Shown here: positions 19,427-28,465 of the stretch, piece after piece
Position numbering within the stretch: the first letter of the stretch is position 1
Layout of the letters: every line of letters begins with the position of its first letter
Assembly: GCA_937920515.1 (NCBI GenBank)
Contig: CALEUG010000003.1
Location: forward strand, 2,108 to 66,107
Direction: 5' to 3'
Origin: an uncultured bacterium
GTDB lineage: Bacteria > Acidobacteriota > Aminicenantia > Aminicenantales > Saccharicenantaceae
DNA length: 64,000 nt
Notes under the pieces: model-generated
The model's input: the letters and a program-made list of their open reading frames with translations, nothing else
Told to the model about the DNA's origin: nothing
Database searches by the model: none
Translations under genes and position numbers: made by a program

Positions 19427-20773
19427 TTACTTTTTTGCTTTTTTCACCCTGGCCGCTTTTTTCCCGGCAGACTGTATCCTGACCTTCCGTTCCCTGGCCC
19501 AGCCTGGTTTCTGCACCTGGCGGGCCCGGGCGATGGCCAGGGCCTCCGGCTTTACGTTTTCGGTGATGGTGGAGCCGGCAGCCACATAGGCTCCGCGTCC
19601 TACCCGGACTGGAGCCACCAGCTCAGTGCCTGAACCAATGAAAGCCTCTCGTCCGATAAAAGTCCTGCTCTTCCTCACTCCGTCGTAATTGCAGGTGATG
19701 GTTCCGGCACCCACGTTGACGTTCTTTTCAACCCGGGTGTCACCCAGGTAGCTGAGGTGCATGGCTTTAGAACCTTCACCGAAGACCGTTTTCTTCATTT
19801 CCACAAAATTGCCAACCCGGCTTCCCCGGCGCAGCCTGGTTTCTGGCCTCAGCCTGGAAAACGGCCCGACCTGGGCTTCGTCATCTATTCGGCAGCCCTC
19901 AATAACCGTGGCCCCGTGCACCGTGACCCTGTTTCCCAGCCTGCTATTAATGATATGACAGTGGGGATAAACCAGGCAATCTTTGCCAAGCTGACTTCTG
20001 CCCTCAATAACCACTGATGGATAGATGACTGTTCCCCGCCCGATTTTGGCCCAGGGATCAATCCAGACCGAGGCCGGGTCCAGAAAGAACACCTCCCTTT
20101 TTTCCAGCTCGGCTATCTTGGCCTTCCTTAGAAATTCAGCCACCCTGCCATAATCGGCCAGGGAATTAACCGGAATGAAAGACTCTTTCTCGGCCTCCTT
20201 TACCCAGTAAAAGCCTATCCTCAATCCAGCAGTCCAGGCTGCCTCAACCAGGGCCACCACGTCAAGCTGACCAGAGGGCTTGAACGGACGGACCTGCCTG
20301 AGCCATTTGCGCTGGCCGTCAAGGGAAATCAGGGCCAGGCCGGGGCGGACAAAATAATCCTCTAACGGCCGATCTCCACGGGAACTGATTCTTTCACCGA
20401 TCAGGGTAAGGTCATAACCCGATTTTTGATGAAAGGCCAGAACCTTTTTGAGGAAACCAGCATCCCTTGGAAAAAATTCTGCCGTAATCAGGATCAGCTC
20501 CCCGGTTGTTTTTGCCTTTTTAATCTTCTCCATCAGGGTAAAAAGAGAACACGAGAGAGCCTCAAGCGGAAGGACCCAAACCAGTTTTTTCCAGACTTCA
20601 GGCAAATCTTCAGGCCGGGAATGCAGCAGGCCGACTCGCTCCGGGTTTAGTCTGGCCAGGGTTTCCAGCCGGCTGTTCAGAAGCGAGGAGCCAGAAACGA
20701 TTGAAGGCAATTTTATTTTCTGGCCGCCCGAAACATCATCTCCGCAGGCCAGAACCAGGAGTTTGTTTTTCAT
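19427..20773 (-). CDS. glmU: GlmU homologue: N-terminal nucleotidyltransferase-like domain (divergent) plus C-terminal left-handed beta-helix glucosamine-1-phosphate N-acetyltransferase domain
   Basis: C-terminal half is close to E. coli GlmU (NFVEMKK...GSKA.HLSYLGD...NVNVGAGTITCNYDG..K..T.IG...FIGS.T.LVAPV.VG...AAGSTIT..V...ALAI.R..Q..K.GW). N-terminal LAAGKGTRM motif is replaced by LACGDDVSGGQKI. Confidence 0.7.
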   Translation of the reverse strand: MKNKLLVLACGDDVSGGQKIKLPSIVSGSSLLNSRLETLARLNPERVGLLHSRPEDLPEVWKKLVWVLPLEALSCSLFTLMEKIKKAKTTGELILITAEFFPRDAGFLKKVLAFHQKSGYDLTLIGERISSRGDRPLEDYFVRPGLALISLDGQRKWLRQVRPFKPSGQLDVVALVEAAWTAGLRIGFYWVKEAEKESFIPVNSLADYGRVAEFLRKAKIAELEKREVFFLDPASVWIDPWAKIGRGTVIYPSVVIEGRSQLGKDCLVYPHCHIINSRLGNRVTVHGATVIEGCRIDDEAQVGPFSRLRPETRLRRGSRVGNFVEMKKTVFGEGSKAMHLSYLGDTRVEKNVNVGAGTITCNYDGVRKSRTFIGREAFIGSGTELVAPVRVGRGAYVAAGSTITENVKPEALAIARARQVQKPGWARERKVRIQSAGKKAARVKKAKK

Positions 20774-21273
20774 GAAAGCTTTACCAGGACCTTAAACCTT
20801 TTATCTTCCCAGATGGACTCGAAGTCAGGCTCATTCTGGGCCATGACCGCCAGGGATTTATCTTTCTGGAGAGCTTTTTTGAGGGCCTCCAGCCCCTCTT
20901 CCACCTGGCCGGCCTGGACATAAGCCGTGGCCATCAGGTAGTTCACCCTGGCTTCCTCGCGCTTGAGTTCCAGAGCTTTTTCCAGAAGCTTTAGAGCCCC
21001 CTGATAGTCACCCTGGTTGATTCTCATCTGGGCATAAAAAAGATAATCTTCAATATTCCGGGGAGAGATAGACTCTTTTTTGGGACCCCTCTCGCAGATG
21101 CTGATGTAAACTCTGGCCCGGTCAACCAGCTCGTGTTCTTCAGGATAATTAGCTATCAGCTCTTTGAAGGAAACGAGGGCCCTGTCGTAGTCGTTCTTGC
21201 GAAAATCCTTTATACCCTGGTTGTAAAGGGCCAGCGCCTTCTGGTAATCATCTTTTTTCTTCGATTCGCTCAC
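20770..21273 (-). CDS. tetratricopeptide-repeat protein
   Basis: TPR-like helical repeats (YDRALVSFKELIANYP, YQGALKLLEKALEL). GTG start after AGGAG. Start/stop overlap with the glmU-like gene downstream. Confidence 0.65.
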   Translation of the reverse strand: MSESKKKDDYQKALALYNQGIKDFRKNDYDRALVSFKELIANYPEEHELVDRARVYISICERGPKKESISPRNIEDYLFYAQMRINQGDYQGALKLLEKALELKREEARVNYLMATAYVQAGQVEEGLEALKKALQKDKSLAVMAQNEPDFESIWEDKRFKVLVKLS

Positions 21274-21409
21274 TTCTCTCTCCTGATGACCATAACTTAA
21301 GTTTTTGCTATTTTACAACATAGAAACCGGTTAATCAAGCCAGCCGGGTGCCGGGAAAATATTGTGGTAGGGTGATGCCAAAGCTCGATTTTTATGCTAA
21401 AATTCCTGC

Positions 21410-22153
21410 GTGAAAGCGCTTCTGGTTGACCTCCTCGATAAGCTTTACCGGAAAGAAATAACCCCCCAGCAGGCACTGGAAAAGCTCCAGGACTTCCCTT
21501 ACCAGGACCTGAGTTTTGCCAAGGTAGATCATGCCCGAGAGGTGAGACGGGGAATGCCTGAGGTCATCTTTGGCCAGGGCAAGACCCCGGAACAACTGCT
21601 CAAGATAGCCTCGGCTATTCTGAAAAAGGGCAGCAACCTGCTTATCACCCGTCTCTCTCCCGAAAACTACAGGAAAATAAGGACCCGGTTGAAAAACTGC
21701 CATTACCATGAACAGGCCAGATGCCTGACTTTTATAAAAAACAGGCCTTTAGAGGGAAAAGGCCGGGTGGCCGTAATCTCAGCCGGCACTTCTGACGTTC
21801 CCGTGGCTGAAGAAGCGGCCCTGACGGCCGAGTTCTTTGGAAATGTCGTAGACCGGGTCTATGACGTGGGCGTGGCCGGGCTGCACCGTTTGCTCGCTCA
21901 CCTTGACCTGATAAAACAGGCCCGGGTACTGGTGGTGGTGGCTGGAATGGAAGGGGCCCTGCCCAGCGTGGTGGCCGGCCTTGTACGGGCACCGGTCATA
22001 GCCGTTCCCACCAGCGTCGGTTACGGAGCCAGTTTCCAGGGGCTGTCGGCCTTGCTGGCCATGCTTAATTCCTGCCCCGGCGGAGTGGCCGTGGTTAACA
22101 TAGACAACGGTTTTGGCGCTGGCTACCTGGCCAGCCTGATAAACCACCTATGA
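21410..22153 (+). CDS. larB: nickel-pincer cofactor biosynthesis protein LarB (PurE-like AIR-carboxylase fold)
   Basis: PurE-like core VAVISAGTSDVPVAEEA...VVVAGMEGALPSVVAGL...NIDNGFGAG with a LarB-type N-terminal extension. GTG start. Confidence 0.7.
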   Translation: MKALLVDLLDKLYRKEITPQQALEKLQDFPYQDLSFAKVDHAREVRRGMPEVIFGQGKTPEQLLKIASAILKKGSNLLITRLSPENYRKIRTRLKNCHYHEQARCLTFIKNRPLEGKGRVAVISAGTSDVPVAEEAALTAEFFGNVVDRVYDVGVAGLHRLLAHLDLIKQARVLVVVAGMEGALPSVVAGLVRAPVIAVPTSVGYGASFQGLSALLAMLNSCPGGVAVVNIDNGFGAGYLASLINHL

Positions 22154-22194
22154 TTTTTCTGGCTGAAAAAATTAAGTTCATTACGGCAGCCAGC

Positions 22195-22223
22195 TTGACA
22201 ACTGCCGGGGTCGAACCTATTTT
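22195..22223 (+). promoter_or_regulatory. putative sigma70 promoter (TTGACA-17-TATTTT) upstream of dnaG
   Basis: Consensus -35 with a 17-nt spacer and a weak -10, about 30 nt upstream of the dnaG ATG. Confidence 0.3.
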
Positions 22224-22253
22224 ATATGAGAAAAGCATACCCTAAGTAGCCTA

Positions 22254-23978
22254 ATGGAGATAACCGAAAAGATCAGGGCGGCGGCTTCTATTGTCGAAAT
22301 AGCCTCCCAGTATACGACCCTGAAAAAGCGAGGCAAGAAATGGGTCGGGCTCTGCCCTTTCCACCCGGAAAAAGATCCCTCCTTCACCATAGACGAAGAT
22401 AAACAGCTTTTCCACTGTTTTGGCTGCGGCATCGGTGGGGACCTGTTTTCCCTGGTGATGGAAAAAGAAAACCTGACCTTCCCCGAGGCCGTCCGCTTCC
22501 TGGCCGAAAAATGCCGGATTCCCCTTCCCGAAACCCGCCAGGCAGCCAGAGAATCCCGGCTGGAAGAAAAAATTTTTGAAATAAACGAGAAGGCGCTTAA
22601 TTACTTCAGGAATAACCTGTTCCGGACTCCCGAAGGTAAAAAAGCCCTGGAATACCTGAAAGGCCGGCAGTTCTCCGAGGACACAGTCAAAAAACTCAGG
22701 CTTGGTTACGCCCTGAACTCCTGGGATTCGCTCTACCAGGCATTTAAGACAGCTTACAGCCCTCAGATACTGGAGAAGGCCGGGCTGATAATTCCCGGTC
22801 AGAAACCCGGAGAATACCGTGATCGCTTTCGCGGCCGGATCATTTTTCCGATTTTCACCCTGACCGGAAGGGTGGTGGCTTTTGGAGGACGGACTATTTT
22901 TGAAGCCCAGCCCAAGTACTTGAACTCGCCCGAAACCCAGACTTTTACCAAGGGCCACATCCTCTACGGGCTTAATTTCAGCCGTGACAGCATCAGGAAG
23001 GCCGGCGAAATGATACTGGTAGAAGGGTATGCCGATTTTGCCGCCCTGTTCCAGGCCGGCATTCTGAACATCGCCGCTTCAATGGGCACCAGCCTCACAC
23101 CCCAGCAGGCCGCCCAGATTTTCAGGTATGCTCCAAGGGTTATCATCAATTACGACGGAGACGATTCCGGATTGAATGCTGCCCTCCGGGCCGTGCCCAT
23201 CTGCCTGGAAAAAGGGCTGCAGGTAAAAATCCTGGTCCTGCCTGAAAAGCTTGACCCCGATGCCTTCATCAGGAAGTACGGATCAGAAAAGTACCTGGGC
23301 CTCGCCCGGCGAGCCCTGGACGGGTTTCGCTTCCTGCTCGTCCAGTACTCAAGGGGTGCTAACCTTAACATTCCGGAAGAAAAGAGCCGGGCCGCACGTC
23401 AGGTTATTCAGGAAGTCATGCGGATCCCCGATGCTATCGTCAGGAATGAATACCTGAAAAAAACAGCTGAATACTTCAGGATTAACGAAGCGACCCTTAG
23501 ACAGATGCTGGAGCAAAGCAGGAAACCGGCAGCAGCGACCAGCCGCGAAGAGAAAGATATTTTCCTGCCAGCGGAAAAGAGACTCCTGCAGTTGCTTTTT
23601 AACCAGCAGGAAATTGCCAGGATGGTTCTGGGCGAGATGGACCCGGATTGCTTCCGGGGGCTGGCCAGCGAATCGGTCTTTCGCTACGTCCTCGAGTCCT
23701 TCCAGCAGGGGCAGTCCTGGAGCCCGAGCTCACTTCAAGAAAAGATTGATTCCAGGTTGCTGGGCCAGTTATGCCGTGTCCTGCAGGAAGACATTCCCGA
23801 CGGTTCCATAGGCGAAGCCCTCGACTGCCTGATAACCCTCAAGAAGAACAGCCTGCAGAAAAAGCTCAGGGAAATCCAGAGAGAAATTGCCCTGACCGAA
23901 AAGAAAGGTGACCAGGAAAAACTCATGTCCCTTCTCTACCAGAAACATGAGCTTACCCGTCAGATCATGACCCTATGA
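22254..23978 (+). CDS. dnaG: DNA primase
   Basis: CHC2 zinc finger CPFHPEKDPSF...HCFGCG. TOPRIM segment EGYADFAALFQAG. Sits upstream of rpoD. Confidence 0.9.
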   Translation: MEITEKIRAAASIVEIASQYTTLKKRGKKWVGLCPFHPEKDPSFTIDEDKQLFHCFGCGIGGDLFSLVMEKENLTFPEAVRFLAEKCRIPLPETRQAARESRLEEKIFEINEKALNYFRNNLFRTPEGKKALEYLKGRQFSEDTVKKLRLGYALNSWDSLYQAFKTAYSPQILEKAGLIIPGQKPGEYRDRFRGRIIFPIFTLTGRVVAFGGRTIFEAQPKYLNSPETQTFTKGHILYGLNFSRDSIRKAGEMILVEGYADFAALFQAGILNIAASMGTSLTPQQAAQIFRYAPRVIINYDGDDSGLNAALRAVPICLEKGLQVKILVLPEKLDPDAFIRKYGSEKYLGLARRALDGFRFLLVQYSRGANLNIPEEKSRAARQVIQEVMRIPDAIVRNEYLKKTAEYFRINEATLRQMLEQSRKPAAATSREEKDIFLPAEKRLLQLLFNQQEIARMVLGEMDPDCFRGLASESVFRYVLESFQQGQSWSPSSLQEKIDSRLLGQLCRVLQEDIPDGSIGEALDCLITLKKNSLQKKLREIQREIALTEKKGDQEKLMSLLYQKHELTRQIMTL

Positions 23979-24034
23979 ATATATATCCGAATACAATTCA
24001 GGCCACAGGCCTGCGGAGTTTAAGGAGGCTTTAA

Positions 24035-25714
24035 GTGTCGTCTGACGACAGGTACCAGAAAGAAGAAATTCTCCAGTTGATTTCCAAGGGCAAGAGACAG
24101 GGTTTCCTGTCCTGGGAAGAGATTGACCAGACCCTGGGCGATGAGTTCGGAGCCGAGGACGATTTTGACGATTTCCTGAACTCCATGGATAGCTACGGAA
24201 TCAAGATCCTCGATTCCCAGCAGCGAGAAATCATACCCTTCCCCCACAAGAAAGTTCCGGTCTGCACCCACGGCCTGGAAAGAACCACCGACCCGGTCAA
24301 GCTCTACCTGCGGGAGATGGGCAACATCCCCCTTCTGACCAGGGAGGGCGAAATCGCCATCGCCAGGGAGATAGAGCGCGGAGAACGGGCTATAATCAAG
24401 GCCCTGTCCCGGACCAGGCTGGTTCTGACCAACATCCTGCAGATAGAACAGAAGATCAAGGAATTCCCGGACACCATCCAGGATTACTTCGATTTCAACG
24501 ACGAGGAGCTGGCCGAAGACAAGCTTCTGGAGAAACAACAGGAACTTCTGGCTCAGATAAAGAACATCAAAGACCTGGCCCGCAAGATAGAAGCCCTGCC
24601 CCCCAGGAAAAAATTCAACTTTGCCCGGGGAAGAATTATCGTCAAGATGAGTCGACTGATCAGGACCCTCAACCTGCAGCCGGGGATGCGAGAGACAGTA
24701 ATTGAGCAGATGAAGGACACTCTGCGGGAGATTAACGAGCTGGAATACCGCCGGGAAGAACTGGAGCAGAGCCTCAGCCGGAAGAACTGGGAACAGAAGA
24801 AACAGACCGGCTCTGGCAAGAAAAAAACGGCCGGCCCGGCCTGCCCCAGCACCAAAAAGAAAGCCATTGAGAACGAAATCAAAAAGATAAACCAGGAAAT
24901 CAGGAAGATAGAAAAAGAGATAGGCCTCGACTCCCAGGCCCTGAAAAAGGCCGTCCGGACCATCATGATGGGCAAGAGCACCAGCGAACAGGCCAAGAAG
25001 CAGCTGGTGGAGGCCAACCTCAGGTTAGTGGTATCAATAGCCAAGAAATACAGCAACCGAGGCCTGCAGTTCCTGGACCTGATCCAGGAAGGCAACATGG
25101 GGTTGATGAAAGCGGTTGACAAGTTCGAGTACCGGCGCGGCTACAAGTTTTCCACCTATGCCACCTGGTGGATCCGGCAGGCCATCACCCGGGCCATCGC
25201 CGACCAGGCCCGGACCATCAGGATACCCGTACACATGATAGAGACGATAAACAAGCTGGTGCGGATTTCCAGGCAATTGGTGCAGGAACTCGGCCGCGAA
25301 CCCACTTGCGAGGAAATCGCCAAGAAGATGGACATGCCGGTCAGCAAGGTCAGGAAAATCATCAAGATAGCCCAGGAACCCATTTCCCTGGAGACGCCGA
25401 TCGGAGAAGAGGAAGACAGCCATCTGGGTGATTTCATAGAGGACAAACTCATGCCCTCTCCGCCGGAAAGGGTATTTTACCAGAGTCTTCGGGAACAAAT
25501 AGACGAGGCCCTCAAGACCCTGACCGACCGGGAAGCCAGGGTGCTGAAGATGCGCTTCGGCCTGGGGGACGGCAACGAGCACACCCTGGAAGAGGTCGGG
25601 CAGCAGTTCAGAGTCACTCGCGAAAGAATCCGCCAGATTGAAGCCAAGGCCCTGAGGAAGCTCAAGCACCCCACCCGTTCCAAGAAGCTGCGCTCCTTCA
25701 CCAACAGCTTTTAG
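24035..25714 (+). CDS. rpoD: RNA polymerase sigma factor RpoD (sigma-70)
   Basis: Regions 2-4 conserved ([53 protein letters not shown]; [15 protein letters not shown]...[29 protein letters not shown]). GTG start after AGGAGG. Confidence 0.95.
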   Translation: MSSDDRYQKEEILQLISKGKRQGFLSWEEIDQTLGDEFGAEDDFDDFLNSMDSYGIKILDSQQREIIPFPHKKVPVCTHGLERTTDPVKLYLREMGNIPLLTREGEIAIAREIERGERAIIKALSRTRLVLTNILQIEQKIKEFPDTIQDYFDFNDEELAEDKLLEKQQELLAQIKNIKDLARKIEALPPRKKFNFARGRIIVKMSRLIRTLNLQPGMRETVIEQMKDTLREINELEYRREELEQSLSRKNWEQKKQTGSGKKKTAGPACPSTKKKAIENEIKKINQEIRKIEKEIGLDSQALKKAVRTIMMGKSTSEQAKKQLVEANLRLVVSIAKKYSNRGLQFLDLIQEGNMGLMKAVDKFEYRRGYKFSTYATWWIRQAITRAIADQARTIRIPVHMIETINKLVRISRQLVQELGREPTCEEIAKKMDMPVSKVRKIIKIAQEPISLETPIGEEEDSHLGDFIEDKLMPSPPERVFYQSLREQIDEALKTLTDREARVLKMRFGLGDGNEHTLEEVGQQFRVTRERIRQIEAKALRKLKHPTRSKKLRSFTNSF

Positions 25715-25759
25715 AGGTGAATTGACTAACCTCCTAATATCTGGTATAAAATCAAAAAA

Positions 25760-25834
25760 GGGCCTATAGCTCAGCGGCAGAGCCACCGGCTCATAACCGG
25801 CAGGTCCCAGGTTCGAATCCTGGTAGGCCCACCA
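25760..25834 (+). tRNA. tRNA with CAT anticodon (elongator Met or lysidine-modified Ile2), CCA encoded
   Basis: GGGCCTA...TAGGCCC acceptor with G1-C72 rules out initiator. Anticodon loop CTCATAA. T-arm CAGGTTCGAATCCTG. The C4-G69/C5-G68 acceptor pairs resemble Ile2 identity elements. Confidence 0.85.
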
Positions 25835-25863
25835 AAAAACGGCTAAATGAATCGAGAGTCAAA

Positions 25864-26616
25864 GTGGATGGAGTGGATGCTGACTTTGAAAAATTAATCC
25901 AGCTCCAGGAGCTGGATAATGCCCTCAGGCAGATTACTGCTGAACTGGCCGACATTCCCCACCTTATAGAACAGATCGAAAAAAAGATAAAGGCCGATTC
26001 CGACCTGGTGCTACGGGCCAAAGAGCGCCTGGCCCAGAACCAGAAGAAAAGAAGGGACCTGGAGGCCGAGGTCAAGGACCTGAAGGCCCAGATGGCCAAG
26101 TATAAGCGCCAGCTCAACGAGGTCAAGTCCAACAAAGAATATACTTCCCTTCTCAAAGAAATCCAGGAAACCCAGGAAAAAATCGACCGGCTGGAAGAAG
26201 AAATAATCCGGGAACTTCTGGTGGCCGATGAAATCGAGGAAGAGATCAGATCCGCCGGCCTTAAACAGAAAAACGAAGAAGAACATCTGAAACTGGAGAT
26301 TGCTGCCCTCACCCAGAGAAGAAAGGCCCTGGAAGCAGAAAAAGGCCAGCTCTCAAGGAAAAGAGAAGAGCTGATTCCAGGAATCGCCAGGGCCCAGCTT
26401 CAGCTCTACCTGAGCATATCCAGGAAACGGGGCGGAATCGCCCTGTCCAGGGTAATTGACGAATTCTGTTCCATGTGCCAGCTAAGAATCAGGCCCCAGA
26501 TGCTGAACGAAATCCGCGACCGCAGCAAAATCCACCTGTGCGAAAGCTGTGGCCGTATCCTTTACTTTGACTCTTCGGAAGAATCCAGGGAAGAAGCCGA
26601 AGAATCCTCCCGGTAA
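25864..26616 (+). CDS. zinc-ribbon domain protein (COG1579-like coiled coil with C-terminal CxxC...CxxC)
   Basis: Long coiled-coil region followed by CSMCQLRI...CESCGRILYF. GTG start. Confidence 0.65.
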   Translation: MDGVDADFEKLIQLQELDNALRQITAELADIPHLIEQIEKKIKADSDLVLRAKERLAQNQKKRRDLEAEVKDLKAQMAKYKRQLNEVKSNKEYTSLLKEIQETQEKIDRLEEEIIRELLVADEIEEEIRSAGLKQKNEEEHLKLEIAALTQRRKALEAEKGQLSRKREELIPGIARAQLQLYLSISRKRGGIALSRVIDEFCSMCQLRIRPQMLNEIRDRSKIHLCESCGRILYFDSSEESREEAEESSR

Positions 26617-28382
26617 AGGCTGTCTATCAATTCCCGGTAACGATTCTCAACAGCCGCCCTTCTGACCTTCAGTGTCGGCGTGATTTCACCCTTTTCGATC
26701 TCCAGTTCTCTATCCAGCAGGGCCACTTTTTTGACTCTTTCATAGGAAGCCAGACCGACGGTAGCCCGGTCAATCTCAGCCTGGACGAAAGCCACTATCT
26801 CCGGGTTGTTGATTAGTTCCTTGCGATCGGCAAAAGAAATTCCGCGGCTTTTAGCCAGCTCTTCCAGTTTTTCGAAGTTGGGCACCACCAGAGCTGAAAT
26901 AAAGCGCCTCCGGTCACCTATTACCACCACCGTGCTGATGTAGGGACAGGTCTTGAGCAGGTTTTCGATGGGCTGTGGAGCCACATTCTTGCCACCGGAA
27001 GTTACAATCAGGTCTTTTTTCCGGTCGGTAATGACCAGGAAGCCATCTTCATCCAGGTGGCCTATGTCGCCGGTATGGAACCAGCCTCCCTCGAAGACCT
27101 CCCTGGTCTCGGCTTCCTTCTTGTAATAACCCTTCATAACGTTCGGACCCCGGGCCAGGATTTCACCGTCGGGGGCAATCCTTATTTCAACCTCAGGGAT
27201 GGGCTTGCCCACCGTTCCGAACTTGACAGCTCCCGGTCGGTTGACAGTTAGGACCGGAGCAGTCTCGGTCAACCCGTAGCCTTCATAGATAACCAGGCCG
27301 ATGGCGTAAAAAAACTCGGCAATGTCCTTGGCCAGTGGGGCCCCACCCGAAATGAAGAACCTGATCCGGCCTCCGGTCCGCTCGATAATTTTTTGGAAGA
27401 CCAGCCTGTGAGCGATTTTTCGCTTAAGTTTCAGCAGGGCCGGGATTTTCTCTCCGGCCAGGTCTTTCCGGGCATACTTTTTTCCCACCCTGTAAGCCCA
27501 GAAAAATATCTTCTTCTTAATGGTTGAACTGGCCAGGATGTTGTCCATTACCCGGGCATAGATTTTTTCAAACACCCGGGGGACACTGACCATGATGTTG
27601 GGCCTAACTTCAAGCAGGTTCTGGGCCACGGTATCTATGCTTTCGGCAAAGCCGATGGTGGTTCCGGCATAGATATAAGCGAACATGACCATCCGTTCCA
27701 GGACATGGGAGAGGGGCAGAAACGACAGAACCGTGTCTCTGGAAGAAATGTCGAACAGGGCCACGCAGGTCTTAACGTTGGAGATAAAATTGCGATGGGT
27801 CAGGATGACTCCCTTGGGATACCCGGTTGTCCCGGAAGTATAGATGAGCGAAGCCTCGTCTTCGGGCGAGATGGCCGAGGCCAGACTGGCAAAAAGCCCG
27901 GGGTTTTCGGCTGCTTTTTTCTGGCCGATATCCAGGAGCTCGGACAGGTTCATAAACCCTGGAACCTTTTCCGATTCAAAGGTCAGGAAATGCCGAACCC
28001 GGCCCAGGTTGCCCCTGATGGCTTCTATCTTGGCCCGCTGTTCCGGGTTGGAGACCACCACCACCGAGGCATCCGAGTCCTGGATGATGTATTCCGCCTG
28101 CTGGGCGGTCAGGGAAGTATAGATGGGTACGGTCAGTCCACCCTGGCAGATGGTGGCAAAATCAGTCATCACCCATTCCGGTCGGTTCTCCGAAAGGATT
28201 ACCAGCTTCTCGCCCTTCCTGAACCCAAGATGGTTAAGGCCCAGGGCCAGGTGGATTACCGCTTTTTCAAACTCGGCCGTGGAAATGGGTATATACCTGC
28301 CCTCTTTCTTATAGAGCATCAGGTCGGGTTTCCGGTATTCCCTTACAGTATTTAAAAATAGCTGGGATAAAGTCTCAATCAT
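26562..28382 (-). CDS. long-chain-fatty-acid--CoA ligase (AMP-dependent synthetase/ligase)
   Basis: AMP-binding motif LIYTSGTTGYPKGVILTH. Y/GEGYGLTE and GWFHTGDIG motifs present. Confidence 0.85.
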   Translation of the reverse strand: MIETLSQLFLNTVREYRKPDLMLYKKEGRYIPISTAEFEKAVIHLALGLNHLGFRKGEKLVILSENRPEWVMTDFATICQGGLTVPIYTSLTAQQAEYIIQDSDASVVVVSNPEQRAKIEAIRGNLGRVRHFLTFESEKVPGFMNLSELLDIGQKKAAENPGLFASLASAISPEDEASLIYTSGTTGYPKGVILTHRNFISNVKTCVALFDISSRDTVLSFLPLSHVLERMVMFAYIYAGTTIGFAESIDTVAQNLLEVRPNIMVSVPRVFEKIYARVMDNILASSTIKKKIFFWAYRVGKKYARKDLAGEKIPALLKLKRKIAHRLVFQKIIERTGGRIRFFISGGAPLAKDIAEFFYAIGLVIYEGYGLTETAPVLTVNRPGAVKFGTVGKPIPEVEIRIAPDGEILARGPNVMKGYYKKEAETREVFEGGWFHTGDIGHLDEDGFLVITDRKKDLIVTSGGKNVAPQPIENLLKTCPYISTVVVIGDRRRFISALVVPNFEKLEELAKSRGISFADRKELINNPEIVAFVQAEIDRATVGLASYERVKKVALLDRELEIEKGEITPTLKVRRAAVENRYRELIDSLYREDSSASSLDSSEESK

Positions 28383-28465
28383 ACTCTGCCTCCTCTGACG
28401 GTATTCAGGCAGATTTTAAGAAATTGTCGGGCTGAAATCAAACTTATTTTTCGGGGGGCGGTAGC

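Noticed and set aside
25696-25745. Stem GAGGT...ACCTC after rpoD as terminator
   Set aside because: 5-bp stem with an 11-nt loop and no U-tract. Too weak to call.
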